NCBI GenBank assembly: GCA_047651235.1
Contig: CP178758.1
Location: 3,420,001-3,452,000, forward strand
Source of the DNA: Candidatus Electrothrix yaqonensis
GTDB taxonomy: Bacteria; Desulfobacterota; Desulfobulbia; Desulfobulbales; Desulfobulbaceae
Length of the DNA: 32,000 nt
Reading direction: 5' to 3'
Shown: piece after piece, positions 23,064 to 31,190 of the stretch
Numbering within the stretch: position 1 is the first letter of the stretch
How the letters are laid out: each line of letters starts with the position of its first letter
Notes under the pieces: model-generated
Seen by the model: only the letters and a program-made list of their open reading frames with translations
Told to the model about the DNA's origin: nothing
Databases searched by the model: none
Translations under genes and position numbers: made by a program

Positions 23064-24347
23064 ATGAATGACGAAGAAAAAAGAAAGATTATTGATAGTG
23101 TTTATTTTACCAAGATTCCTTTTTTTCATGGATTAAAGAAGGTTCATCTGGATAGGCTGAAACCCCGTATTGCGGTAGAACACTATGCCGCAGGTGACAT
23201 TCTGTTCTGTGAAGGTGATCCCGGAGATTGTCTCTATATAGTTGTCTCAGGGAAAGTCAGAGTCTTTGTGGAAAAGGAACGGATCGGGATAACTCAGGAA
23301 GTCGCCCGGCTGAGCAGAAACGAATCCTTCGGGGAGATGGCCTTGCTGTCCGGTGCTCTGAGATCAGCCTCTGTGAAAGCCCTTTCTGATCTGACTGTTC
23401 TGAAGCTCTGTAAAGAAGAATTTGATCAGATGATCAGGCAGAACAAATACCTTGCCATACATTTCTCAGGGCTTCTTTCAAAACGGCTTGCTGCCGCCAA
23501 GCACGAGATATATGAACCGAAATTAAGCGCAAAAGAAGTGCATGCTAGCATGACCCGGTCCGGGGTCGGCAAGTCATTGACAAAGGCCTGGCACCTGTTC
23601 TTTCTTGCAGTCCTTGCAGGTATCTACATAAGTCTGGGCGGACATGCCTTTCTTGTGGCTCTGGAGCAGGGAATGGGAAAGATTGTTGCAGGAGCCGTGT
23701 TCGGTATAGGGCTTATTCTGGTGGTTATAGCCGAAGCCGAACTGTTCACCGGCAATATCATTATGATGGTAGGACTTCTTTCCTCCCGTTACCATTTCAA
23801 GAAAGTATTGGAAAATCTGCTCATCGTCTATACGGGCAACTTTGTCGGGGCTATCTGTTTTACCCTGCTTATGTTCAAAACCGGACTGTTTACCGCCGGT
23901 ACAGAACCGAATAGTATAGGCCAACTGGCAATCAGGATTTCCGAGGTCAAGATGTCTCTGTCGCTGACAGAATGTATCACCCGGGGATTCTTCTGCAACA
24001 TGCTTGTTATTCTTGCCATTATAATGTCGGTTTTTGCCAAGGATATTATATCGAAAATATTCTGCTGCATACTGCCGGTCATGGTATTTGTTGCTTCCGG
24101 TTTTGAGCACTGCGTGGCAAATATGTACCTTATTCCGATAGGTTTTATAGCAAAGGGCGTTCCTCTCAGGGAATTATATACGATCTTTGAAAATATTTTC
24201 CCTGTGACATTGGGGAATATAGCAGGAGGATTGTTTATAATTTTTATCCATCCTATCAGGGTCGAACGGGTACTGAGAAACGTTATAGAAAAATATCCTT
24301 CGTTATACAGGCTGAACTATTTTGCCTATAACAGGAAAAAAAAGTAG
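23064..24347 (+). CDS. Cyclic-nucleotide-binding domain fused to a formate/nitrite transporter (FNT) family channel
   Basis: The N-terminal ~140 aa form a cNMP domain (GDILFCEGDPGDCLYIVVSGKVRV...FGEMALLSGALRSASVKA). The C-terminal ~270 aa form an FNT (AELFTGNIIMM, FVASGFEHCVANMYLIP, PVTLGNIAGG). It is a single uninterrupted ORF. The start is either ATG 23064 or TTG 23043. Confidence 0.85.
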   Translation: MNDEEKRKIIDSVYFTKIPFFHGLKKVHLDRLKPRIAVEHYAAGDILFCEGDPGDCLYIVVSGKVRVFVEKERIGITQEVARLSRNESFGEMALLSGALRSASVKALSDLTVLKLCKEEFDQMIRQNKYLAIHFSGLLSKRLAAAKHEIYEPKLSAKEVHASMTRSGVGKSLTKAWHLFFLAVLAGIYISLGGHAFLVALEQGMGKIVAGAVFGIGLILVVIAEAELFTGNIIMMVGLLSSRYHFKKVLENLLIVYTGNFVGAICFTLLMFKTGLFTAGTEPNSIGQLAIRISEVKMSLSLTECITRGFFCNMLVILAIIMSVFAKDIISKIFCCILPVMVFVASGFEHCVANMYLIPIGFIAKGVPLRELYTIFENIFPVTLGNIAGGLFIIFIHPIRVERVLRNVIEKYPSLYRLNYFAYNRKKK

Positions 24348-24376
24348 TGCTGTCCTTGGCTTTCCTCTGAATTCCT

Positions 24377-25390
24377 TCATTCCGCACCGCATGAGAGCCT
24401 GCGCCACGGTTCCTGCATTTCCGCAATCGCCACGGTCACGTTGGGAAATTTAATCTTACGCACCAGCAGCGGACCGTTGCCGGAGCTGAGAACGGCTGCC
24501 GGTTCGGCAACCGCCTTGGCCCCGGTGGCGCGGCGCACTGCGGCGGATTTTTCCACACCTTCGACACTGTTCAGCCGGGCAGGGGAGTGAAATTCAATCT
24601 CCAGACCCTGCTGGGCAGCAAAGGCGAGCAGGCCCGGTTCATCGTTCTTCAGGTCAATGGAGGCCAGAATACAGACGGAATGGAGGGCCAGCCGGTTATC
24701 TGCGCAGGTCTGTTCCACAGCTGCGCGGATTTCCTCTGCCGGGGTATTACGGTTGCAGCCGATGCCCAGAGCCAGTTTTTTGGGATGGAGCAGGACGCTG
24801 TTGCCCTGCTGTCCGGTGCGGCAGCTGATCAGCAGGTCGGCGTCATCGGGTGTGCGGCACAGGATGATATCAGGGGGCAGGGCAGGGGGCGGGTATTCAC
24901 TGTACTCGCTGAACAGGGAAACGCTGCCGCTATTGACGAGCTTGGCCATGACACGGGTCAGGCCCTGTTTGTCTGGAACCGCAAGGCCGTTGTCCCGGCA
25001 CCAGATATCCAGGGCTGTACGGCCCAGCACATCCGAGGCTGTGGTGATCACAGCCTGTCCCCCGAGCAGTTCGGCTGTCGTTCGGGCCAGGGCATTGCCG
25101 CCGCCCAGATGGCCGGAGAGCAGAGAGACCGCGAACTGCCCCTGTTCATCGCAGACCACCACTGCCGGGTCGGTCCGTTTGTCCTGCAGGAGCGGGGCAA
25201 TACTGCGCACCACGATTCCGGCGGCCATGATGCAGATCAGGTGGTCGTACCGGTGCCAGGCCTGCGTCAGGGTGCGCCGGATATTCCCTTGGACAAAGAC
25301 AGGCTCGCTGCCCGGCAGCAGGGAGGCGAGGCGTTCGGCCAATCTACCGCCTCCTTTGGTCAGGGAGATAATAGCTGTGCGGGAGGTCAT
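24377..25390 (-). CDS. cbiG: Cobalt-precorrin-5A hydrolase (CbiG)
   Basis: From the internal Met (MTSRTAIISLTKGGGRLAERL...) the product is 337 aa. Blocks ICIMAAGIVVRSIAPLL, DPAVVVCDEQGQFAVSLLSGHLGG and LGIGCNRNTPAEEI match CbiG N- and C-terminal domains. Confidence 0.82.
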   Translation of the reverse strand: MTSRTAIISLTKGGGRLAERLASLLPGSEPVFVQGNIRRTLTQAWHRYDHLICIMAAGIVVRSIAPLLQDKRTDPAVVVCDEQGQFAVSLLSGHLGGGNALARTTAELLGGQAVITTASDVLGRTALDIWCRDNGLAVPDKQGLTRVMAKLVNSGSVSLFSEYSEYPPPALPPDIILCRTPDDADLLISCRTGQQGNSVLLHPKKLALGIGCNRNTPAEEIRAAVEQTCADNRLALHSVCILASIDLKNDEPGLLAFAAQQGLEIEFHSPARLNSVEGVEKSAAVRRATGAKAVAEPAAVLSSGNGPLLVRKIKFPNVTVAIAEMQEPWRRLSCGAE

Positions 25391-25422
25391 GTGATACGAC
25401 TGAGAAAAGACACGTAAATATA

Positions 25423-25451
25423 TTGATTTTATTGACCAAGAAGTGTAATCT
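25423..25451 (+). promoter_or_regulatory. Candidate sigma70-type promoter (TTGATT-17 nt-TAATCT) in the cbiG / repeat-protein divergent spacer
   Basis: Pattern match only. An alternative TTGACC -35 lies at 25432-25437. Confidence 0.2.
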
Positions 25452-25495
25452 GGACAGATATATCGAACGCCAATCATACATAGGAGGCAGTCATT

Positions 25496-26758
25496 GTGCA
25501 ACGGCTCTTTGTAACAACTTTAAGTCTCATGCTTGTTGCTGCTCCGGCAGTAACATCTGCAAAAAATAAGATCAGGGTATGCCATGAAGGGAAAACTCTT
25601 CTGATCGATGTGGCAGCTGTCCGGGAACATCGCGGACACGGTGATACGCCGGGGCCATGCTCGTCAGACGCGGAAAAGAAAGCGGACGTTGAACCGGATA
25701 CTGAAGCTGCCCCGGACACCAGACCGGACAGGCCGGAACTGACAGCAGAACCGGGGGGCGTTCCTGTTGAGCCTGTACAGGAGCCGGAAATGGAATTCAG
25801 GCCGGATCGGAAGCGGCACGATGCTTTTCGTCCGGACCCGGAGTTTCTGCCTGAAACCTCTGATAACGGGCTTGATAACATTCTGATAAAGCTGAACAGA
25901 ACCGCCGGGGGCAGGCTTGATAAGTATATTGTGGATCTCAGCTCCGCCTTCAATATCCCCAGAGAAAAGGTTGTCTACCTGATCTACAATGAAAGGATAC
26001 AGCCAGCAGATGTCTTTATGATCCTGCAGACAGCCAGGTTGGGTGGTCAGCCGTACCAGGAACTTGTTCCGCAGTTCAAGAAACACAGAAGAGAAGGCTG
26101 GCGGACTGTTGTCCGATCTTTAGGCATTCAACCCGGCTCCGGAAAGTTTGTTTCGCTGAAAAAAGATATCCCCCAGGTTATGCGGCATTATGCAGTATGG
26201 GAGGATGGCTTCGTATCTCAACCGGCAGAGCCGCAACCGCAGATAGAGCAGCACGTTGATTTTCAGCTGGACCGCGATTTCCGGCCCCATACCGGTGACA
26301 GAGAATTTGACAGCCTGCTGATCGAGCTGAACAGAACCGCCGGGGGCAGGCTTGATAAGTATATTGTGGATCTCAGCTCCGCCTTCAATATCCCCAGAGA
26401 AAAGGTTGTCTACCTGATTTATACTGAAAGGATGCAGCCAGCAGATGTTTTTATGATCCTGCAGACAGCCAGGTTAAGCGGGCGGCCGTACAGAAAACTT
26501 GTTCGGCGATTTAAAAAACACAGAAGGGAAGGGTGGGGGGCAGTTGTTTTGTCTTTGGGCATCAAACCCGGCTCCAGAACTTTTATTCTTCTGCAGGAGG
26601 ATATCCCTCAGGTTGTCCGGCATTATGTTGTGACATGGAAAGAAGAACCTGAACCAAGATGGGAGAAAGGCTCGAAGAAAAAGAAGAAGCCAAAAAAGAA
26701 AAAAGGATCGAAATGGAAGAAAAGGTCGAAGAAGAAAAAGGGATCAAAGAGAAGATAG
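25496..26758 (+). CDS. Secreted protein with two ~145-aa tandem units and a polylysine C-terminal tail (no family recognised)
   Basis: GTG start with AGGAGG 8 nt upstream. Signal peptide MQRLFVTTLSLMLVAAPAVTSA. Then a Cys/His motif (VCHEGK...EHRGHGDTPGPC), a Pro/Glu/Asp-rich linker, and two units LNRTAGGRLDKYIVDLSSAFNIPREKVVYLIY.... The tail is GSKKKKKPKKKKGSKWKKRSKKKKGSKRR. A strong terminator follows. Confidence 0.7.
   Translation: MQRLFVTTLSLMLVAAPAVTSAKNKIRVCHEGKTLLIDVAAVREHRGHGDTPGPCSSDAEKKADVEPDTEAAPDTRPDRPELTAEPGGVPVEPVQEPEMEFRPDRKRHDAFRPDPEFLPETSDNGLDNILIKLNRTAGGRLDKYIVDLSSAFNIPREKVVYLIYNERIQPADVFMILQTARLGGQPYQELVPQFKKHRREGWRTVVRSLGIQPGSGKFVSLKKDIPQVMRHYAVWEDGFVSQPAEPQPQIEQHVDFQLDRDFRPHTGDREFDSLLIELNRTAGGRLDKYIVDLSSAFNIPREKVVYLIYTERMQPADVFMILQTARLSGRPYRKLVRRFKKHRREGWGAVVLSLGIKPGSRTFILLQEDIPQVVRHYVVTWKEEPEPRWEKGSKKKKKPKKKKGSKWKKRSKKKKGSKRR
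25890..25983 (+). repeat. Intragenic direct repeat, copy 1 (94 nt identical core)
   Basis: Identical base for base to 26325..26418, offset 435 nt (145 codons). Flanking sequence of the units is similar but diverged. Confidence 0.9.
26325..26418 (+). repeat. Intragenic direct repeat, copy 2 (94 nt identical core)
   Basis: Identical to 25890..25983. Confidence 0.9.
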
Positions 26759-26790
26759 ACTAAGCCCCCGAAGCAACAGATCCGCAATCC

Positions 26791-26825
26791 GGGTCCAGCT
26801 CACCAAACAGCTGGACCCTTTTTTG
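26791..26825 (+). terminator. Rho-independent terminator
   Basis: GGGTCCAGCT-caccaaac-AGCTGGACCC (perfect 10-bp stem) followed by TTTTTTG, 33 nt after the stop codon. Confidence 0.85.
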
Positions 26826-27095
26826 TAAAAATCTTCAGTCGTGTCACGGTATTTCCATTTCCGGACCGTACTTCTGCTGATACCGTATTTTTCCGACAAC
26901 TATATCTACATTGAGCTGAAAAAGAAAGTGCCGCATAATCAGATTGCTGAAGCAACCGCTGCTTGAGTCGTTAGTCGCATGAGTGATGTTTAACTGTCCG
27001 AAATACAAAGGATCATCAGCTTATGTTTGCGACCCGTTGATGTTTATCAGCAGCCTGCTGTATTTTCTGCTTCTTCATCTCACTAAGCTACCTGA

Positions 27096-28046
27096 TTACC
27101 CGGAAAGTTCACAATTCACAATCGGACGCCGGATGATATCCTCTGCAAAATTCTCTGCCAGCTTTTCCAGCCGTTCATATTGCTCAAGCCGGTGTAGATA
27201 TTCGTCAGGAAGCTGCTGCCGTCCGCAGGCTGCGCCCCAGATTGCTCCGGCCATAGCGCCGATGGTGTCGGTATCTCCGCCGACATTCCGGATATAGCGG
27301 AGCAGCTGGGAAAACGGGCTGTTGCGCAGAGTAAGCCCGATATACACCGCAGTGACACAGGAATCCAAGGACCTTATCCCGTTCCCCAGTTCAGCAGCAG
27401 CACGTTGCGGAGATACGGGCCGGTCTGCCTGCAGCCATGCTGCGGCTGTGTCGATTTTTTCCTGAAATTCCGGAGACTGCAGATGCTCTCGGAGCCGGGC
27501 GATAATTTCCTGATGCGGCAGATTCCGACAGGAGAGAGCGGCAGTCAGCGCGATGAGCGCAGCTCCTTCCTGGCCGAGAGGATGGGCGTGGGTGACCGCA
27601 GCTGCGGCCTTGGCCGCTCTGACCAATTTTTCCTCATCGCCTGCGCTGTAAAACAGGCCCACCGGAGCCGCCCGCATGGCTCCGCCGTTGCCGTATGAGC
27701 CGTCCGGAAAGACAGCCCGGTTGGCGCTCTGCCAGGATTCTCCCCGCCGGATGCGCAGCAGCAATTTGGCCGCTCCCCGTCCGTAGCCCCGTGACCAGGT
27801 GTATGAACGGGCGAACCGCCGGGCAAGGTCATCCTGATTTACCTGTCCGCAGGCCAGCAGCGAGACAATCACATCAAGCGACATGGCTGTGTCATCGGTC
27901 CAGCGGCGTTTTCCTTGACGGCGGCCCAGAATGACCCAAAGCGCCCGCTCCATGAAGCCGCCCTCATACGGGGCGCCGAAGGTATCTGCGGCTGCCGAGG
28001 CAAGGACTGCGCCGCAGATACGGTATTGTATTTCGTCCGCTGTCAT
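27096..28046 (-). CDS. ADP-ribosylglycohydrolase family protein (PF03747, DraG/ARH-like)
   Basis: ADTFGAPYEG, WTDDTAMSL, GNGGAMRAAP and the C-terminal metal-site block GGDTDTIGAMAGAIWGA. ATGA overlap with the thiL stop. Confidence 0.88.
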   Translation of the reverse strand: MTADEIQYRICGAVLASAAADTFGAPYEGGFMERALWVILGRRQGKRRWTDDTAMSLDVIVSLLACGQVNQDDLARRFARSYTWSRGYGRGAAKLLLRIRRGESWQSANRAVFPDGSYGNGGAMRAAPVGLFYSAGDEEKLVRAAKAAAAVTHAHPLGQEGAALIALTAALSCRNLPHQEIIARLREHLQSPEFQEKIDTAAAWLQADRPVSPQRAAAELGNGIRSLDSCVTAVYIGLTLRNSPFSQLLRYIRNVGGDTDTIGAMAGAIWGAACGRQQLPDEYLHRLEQYERLEKLAENFAEDIIRRPIVNCELSG

Positions 28047-29083
28047 TTTCTGCTGAAATGATCAAACCCCTGAAAAGAGATGCGCTGTTCATCAGCGCCG
28101 TGTTCCGTCTGCCGGACCAAGGTGACGTTCTGTCCTTTTGTGATTGTTCCTATGGGATAGACAGGAAGCTGCTGTTCTCCAGTAATCCGCAGGAGTGTTT
28201 CGGTATCAGCAGAAGCGGCAGTAAAGAGGAGCTCGTAATCTTCACCGCCCACAGTCATCCAGTTGGTTATCCAATCGGTTACTGCCGCATCCGGCAGCGC
28301 TGCTGCAGCGGCTGCCAAGGCACTGCGTCCGGGAAGCCGGTCCTCCTCAATCCGGGCGCCGGTTCCGCTCTGTTGACAAAGATGAGACAGATCGGTGGCC
28401 AGCCCGTCGGAGAGATCCATCATGGCATGGATCAGACCGGTTCGGGCCAGCAGGGGCACGAGGTCTACCCGTGCCCAGGGATTAAGATGGGCTTTGATGA
28501 ATGGCTGCAGGGCAGAGGGGCAGGCGGCAACCCCCTGTTCCATCGTTCCCGCATACCTGCCTGACTGCAGCAGGGCCAGTCCGGCGGCGGAATAGCCGAG
28601 CGGGCCGGAGACAAAAATAGTATCGCCCGGCTCTGCTGTATGGCGGTAAAGCACCTGATCCCGCTGCATTTCGCCGATAACGGTCAGGGTCAGGCTGATA
28701 TCCCGACTGCGCACGGTATCTCCGCCGATCAGCAGGCAGCCGTATTCTTGGCAGGCTCCGGTAATTCCCCGGCTGAGTCGGTCTGCCCAGTGCGGATCAA
28801 AATCCGCTGGCAGGCTGAGGGAGAGCAGAGCAAAAACCGGCTTTCCTCCCATTGCCGCAATATCGCTGACATTGACCGATACGGCCTTGCGGCCCAGCAG
28901 TTTTGGCGGATGCCAAGCGCAGTTGAAGTGCACAGACTCCGTCAGGGTATCCATGGTCAGCAACCAGACCGTGTCCCGGTCTTTTGCAATCACTGCACAG
29001 TCATCGCCGATGCCCTGCAGCAGGCCGTCGGCTTCCGCATCCGCAAGCTGGCGGATATGCGCGATCAGATCCCGTTCGTTCAC
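28043..29083 (-). CDS. thiL: Thiamine-monophosphate kinase
   Basis: GIGDDCAVI, LLTMDTLTESVHF, VNVSDIAAMGGKP and LIGGDT, with an AIR-synthase-like C-terminal domain. The GTG start overlaps the ptsI TGA (GTGA). Confidence 0.88.
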   Translation of the reverse strand: MNERDLIAHIRQLADAEADGLLQGIGDDCAVIAKDRDTVWLLTMDTLTESVHFNCAWHPPKLLGRKAVSVNVSDIAAMGGKPVFALLSLSLPADFDPHWADRLSRGITGACQEYGCLLIGGDTVRSRDISLTLTVIGEMQRDQVLYRHTAEPGDTIFVSGPLGYSAAGLALLQSGRYAGTMEQGVAACPSALQPFIKAHLNPWARVDLVPLLARTGLIHAMMDLSDGLATDLSHLCQQSGTGARIEEDRLPGRSALAAAAAALPDAAVTDWITNWMTVGGEDYELLFTAASADTETLLRITGEQQLPVYPIGTITKGQNVTLVRQTEHGADEQRISFQGFDHFSRK

Positions 29084-30882
29084 AGACTGTTCAGTATATC
29101 CGCATGGTTTTTAGACAGATATCGGCCAAGCAGCTCGCGGGTTTCCCGACCGTCACTGCACTGCAGTATTTCATTGGCCAGTTCGTTCAGCTGACGTGAG
29201 GTCGAATGCCGCAGCAGCCGTTTGACATGGGGAATTGCCGAAGGACGCATGGACAACTCGTCAAGTCCCAGTCCCAGCAGGATCGGGGCTATAAAAACAT
29301 CTCCTGCCATTTCTCCGCACAGGGAAACCTCAATTCCCTGGTCATGTCCGGCCTCGACAGTGCGGTCGATCATGCGCAGCACAGCCGGATGCAGCGGGTC
29401 ATACAGCCTGGCTACATATTCATTGCCCCGGTCCACGGCCAGGGAGTACTGAATGAGATCATTGGTACCGATACTGAAGAAATCCACCTCAGCCGCCAAG
29501 GTGTCGGCCATGACCACGGCACCGGGGACCTCAACCATGATGCCGATTTCGATTTCCTGGTCAAAGGAAATATCCTGCCGGGCCAGTTCCTCCATGGCCC
29601 TGTTGAGGATTGTCCGCACCTGCCGGAGTTCAATAACTGAGGTGATCAGAGGTAGCAGAATACGCAGGCGCCCGAAGGCTGAGGCCCGCAGCAGGGCCCG
29701 CACCTGGGTGGTGAACACGGCCTGTTCCCGCAGGGAAAGCCGGATGGAACGCAGCCCCAGAGCCGGATTGCGTTCATGCAGCGGCCGGAACCCGCTGCCG
29801 GGCAGCTGTGCAGCGAGTTTGTCACCGCCTGCATCCAGGGTGCGGATGGTAACCGGCTGCGGAGCAAGTGCGGTCAACAGATCCCTGTAGGTGGTCAGCA
29901 GAGCCTCTTCGTCAGGGAGCTGGTGCTGCTGAAAATAGCCGAATTCCGAACGGAACAGGCCGATGCCCTCAGCACCGTAATAGATAACCCCTTCTAGCTC
30001 GTCCGGGATTTCAATATTGGCGGACAGCCGCACCTGCAGGCCGTCAACAGTTTCCGAGGCAAGATGGATATACCAACGCAGCTCATCGGAAAAGGCGCGG
30101 TGCTGACGGTCGTAGCTCTGATACAGCTTCTGCTGATCCAGCGTCGGAGAAAGATAGACCCGGCCGTCATAGCCGTCGAGAATAATTGTATCTCCGGTGC
30201 GGCAGCGTTCAGTGATATTTTCCACGCCCACCACGGCAGGCAGGCCCAGCGAACGGGCGACAATGGCGGTATGCGAGGTCGTGCCGCCTTTTTCGGTCAG
30301 AAAACCCAGGACTTTTTCTGTCTGCATCTGGACGGTGTCTGCCGGGGTAAAATCCTCGCTGACTACTATAACCGGTTCGGCAAAGCCTGCCGGAAATTTC
30401 CGGCCGTGCTCGGAAAGCTGGTCCAGCAGCAGACGGACCACATATTCCACATCAGCAAAACGGTCCCGGATATATCCGTCGGCAATATGGTCGAATTTTC
30501 TTTTGATCAGGTGCAGTGTGCGGGATACGGCCCATTCCGCATTGATCCGGTGCTGACGTATCAGACTGAGGGTCTGGTCGATAATCATCCGGTCCCGGAG
30601 CATCCGGAGATGGGAGTCAATAATGGACAGGGTATCGGACAGGTCGCCCTCGAACTGACAGCGCAGGGCGGTCAGTTCCTGTTCCGCTCTGTCAACGGCG
30701 GTCAGAAAACGTTCTGTTTCAGCCGGAACAGCATTGTTTTCTAGGTAATAGCAGACAAGGTCATCCGGACGGGATCTGAGCACAACCACCCGGCCGACTA
30801 CGATACCGGGTGAACCGCTGATCCCGTATAGGGTTTCCGGCTCACGGTCCGGCTGCAGCTCTTTTTTTTCTGCGGTCTGCAT
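29080..30882 (-). CDS. ptsI: Phosphoenolpyruvate--protein phosphotransferase (PTS Enzyme I)
   Basis: From the internal Met (MQTAEKKELQ...) the product is 600 aa. It has GISGSPGIVVGRV, active-site GGTTSHTAIVARSLGLPAV, FFSIGTNDLIQY and the CGEMAG PEP-binding domain. No N-terminal GAF domain. The 211-codon upstream extension of the listed ORF overlaps ptsH in another frame. Confidence 0.9.
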   Translation of the reverse strand: MQTAEKKELQPDREPETLYGISGSPGIVVGRVVVLRSRPDDLVCYYLENNAVPAETERFLTAVDRAEQELTALRCQFEGDLSDTLSIIDSHLRMLRDRMIIDQTLSLIRQHRINAEWAVSRTLHLIKRKFDHIADGYIRDRFADVEYVVRLLLDQLSEHGRKFPAGFAEPVIVVSEDFTPADTVQMQTEKVLGFLTEKGGTTSHTAIVARSLGLPAVVGVENITERCRTGDTIILDGYDGRVYLSPTLDQQKLYQSYDRQHRAFSDELRWYIHLASETVDGLQVRLSANIEIPDELEGVIYYGAEGIGLFRSEFGYFQQHQLPDEEALLTTYRDLLTALAPQPVTIRTLDAGGDKLAAQLPGSGFRPLHERNPALGLRSIRLSLREQAVFTTQVRALLRASAFGRLRILLPLITSVIELRQVRTILNRAMEELARQDISFDQEIEIGIMVEVPGAVVMADTLAAEVDFFSIGTNDLIQYSLAVDRGNEYVARLYDPLHPAVLRMIDRTVEAGHDQGIEVSLCGEMAGDVFIAPILLGLGLDELSMRPSAIPHVKRLLRHSTSRQLNELANEILQCSDGRETRELLGRYLSKNHADILNSL

Positions 30883-30893
30883 AGCTTTGTTGA

Positions 30894-31190
30894 TTATTGC
30901 AGGATGTTGTCCTGTACATCGTCCGATGCAGAGGCGGACAGCAGATGCTCCACAGCGTCGGCAACCTGCTGCGCATCCGGGCCCTGGGCAGTAAAACAGA
31001 CCGAAGAATCGTATCCCAGACCGAGGCTCAGAATTTCCAGGATGGAAGTGCAGTCCACCGGCTCTCCTTCCTGCCCGGTGAGCTGCACAGTTACTTCGTG
31101 TTCGCTGATAATGCTGATCAGCCGTTCCGCAACCCGGCAGTGTACGCCGTTCGGATTGCTGACCGTGATTTTTCGGGAGACTGCCTTCAT
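30894..31190 (-). CDS. ptsH: HPr-family phosphocarrier protein
   Basis: KITVSNPNGVHCRVAERL places the His at the HPr His15 position. GEPVDCTSILEILSLGLG corresponds to the Ser46 region. The stop is 11 nt before ptsI. Confidence 0.8.
   Translation of the reverse strand: MKAVSRKITVSNPNGVHCRVAERLISIISEHEVTVQLTGQEGEPVDCTSILEILSLGLGYDSSVCFTAQGPDAQQVADAVEHLLSASASDDVQDNILQ

Noticed and set aside
26665-26758. Lys-codon run in the repeat-protein tail considered as a programmed frameshift site or a mobile-element poly-A tail.
   Set aside because: The reading frame stays open to a normal stop followed by a canonical terminator. No alternative-frame ORF continues beyond it. I kept it only as a remark within the repeat-protein finding.
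26846-26894. Second possible terminator (ACGGTAT-27 nt-ATACCGT followed by ATTTTTCC) just after the strong terminator at 26791..26825.
   Set aside because: The loop is large and the stem imperfect. It is also redundant with the much better hairpin 20 nt upstream.
26983-27297. 104-aa plus-strand ORF and a 20-codon minus-strand micro-ORF (ATG 27078, MKKQKIQQAADKHQRVANIS) downstream of the ADP-ribosylglycohydrolase gene.
   Set aside because: The plus-strand ORF is mostly antisense to the ARH gene. The micro-ORF has no convincing SD and is too short to support from sequence alone.
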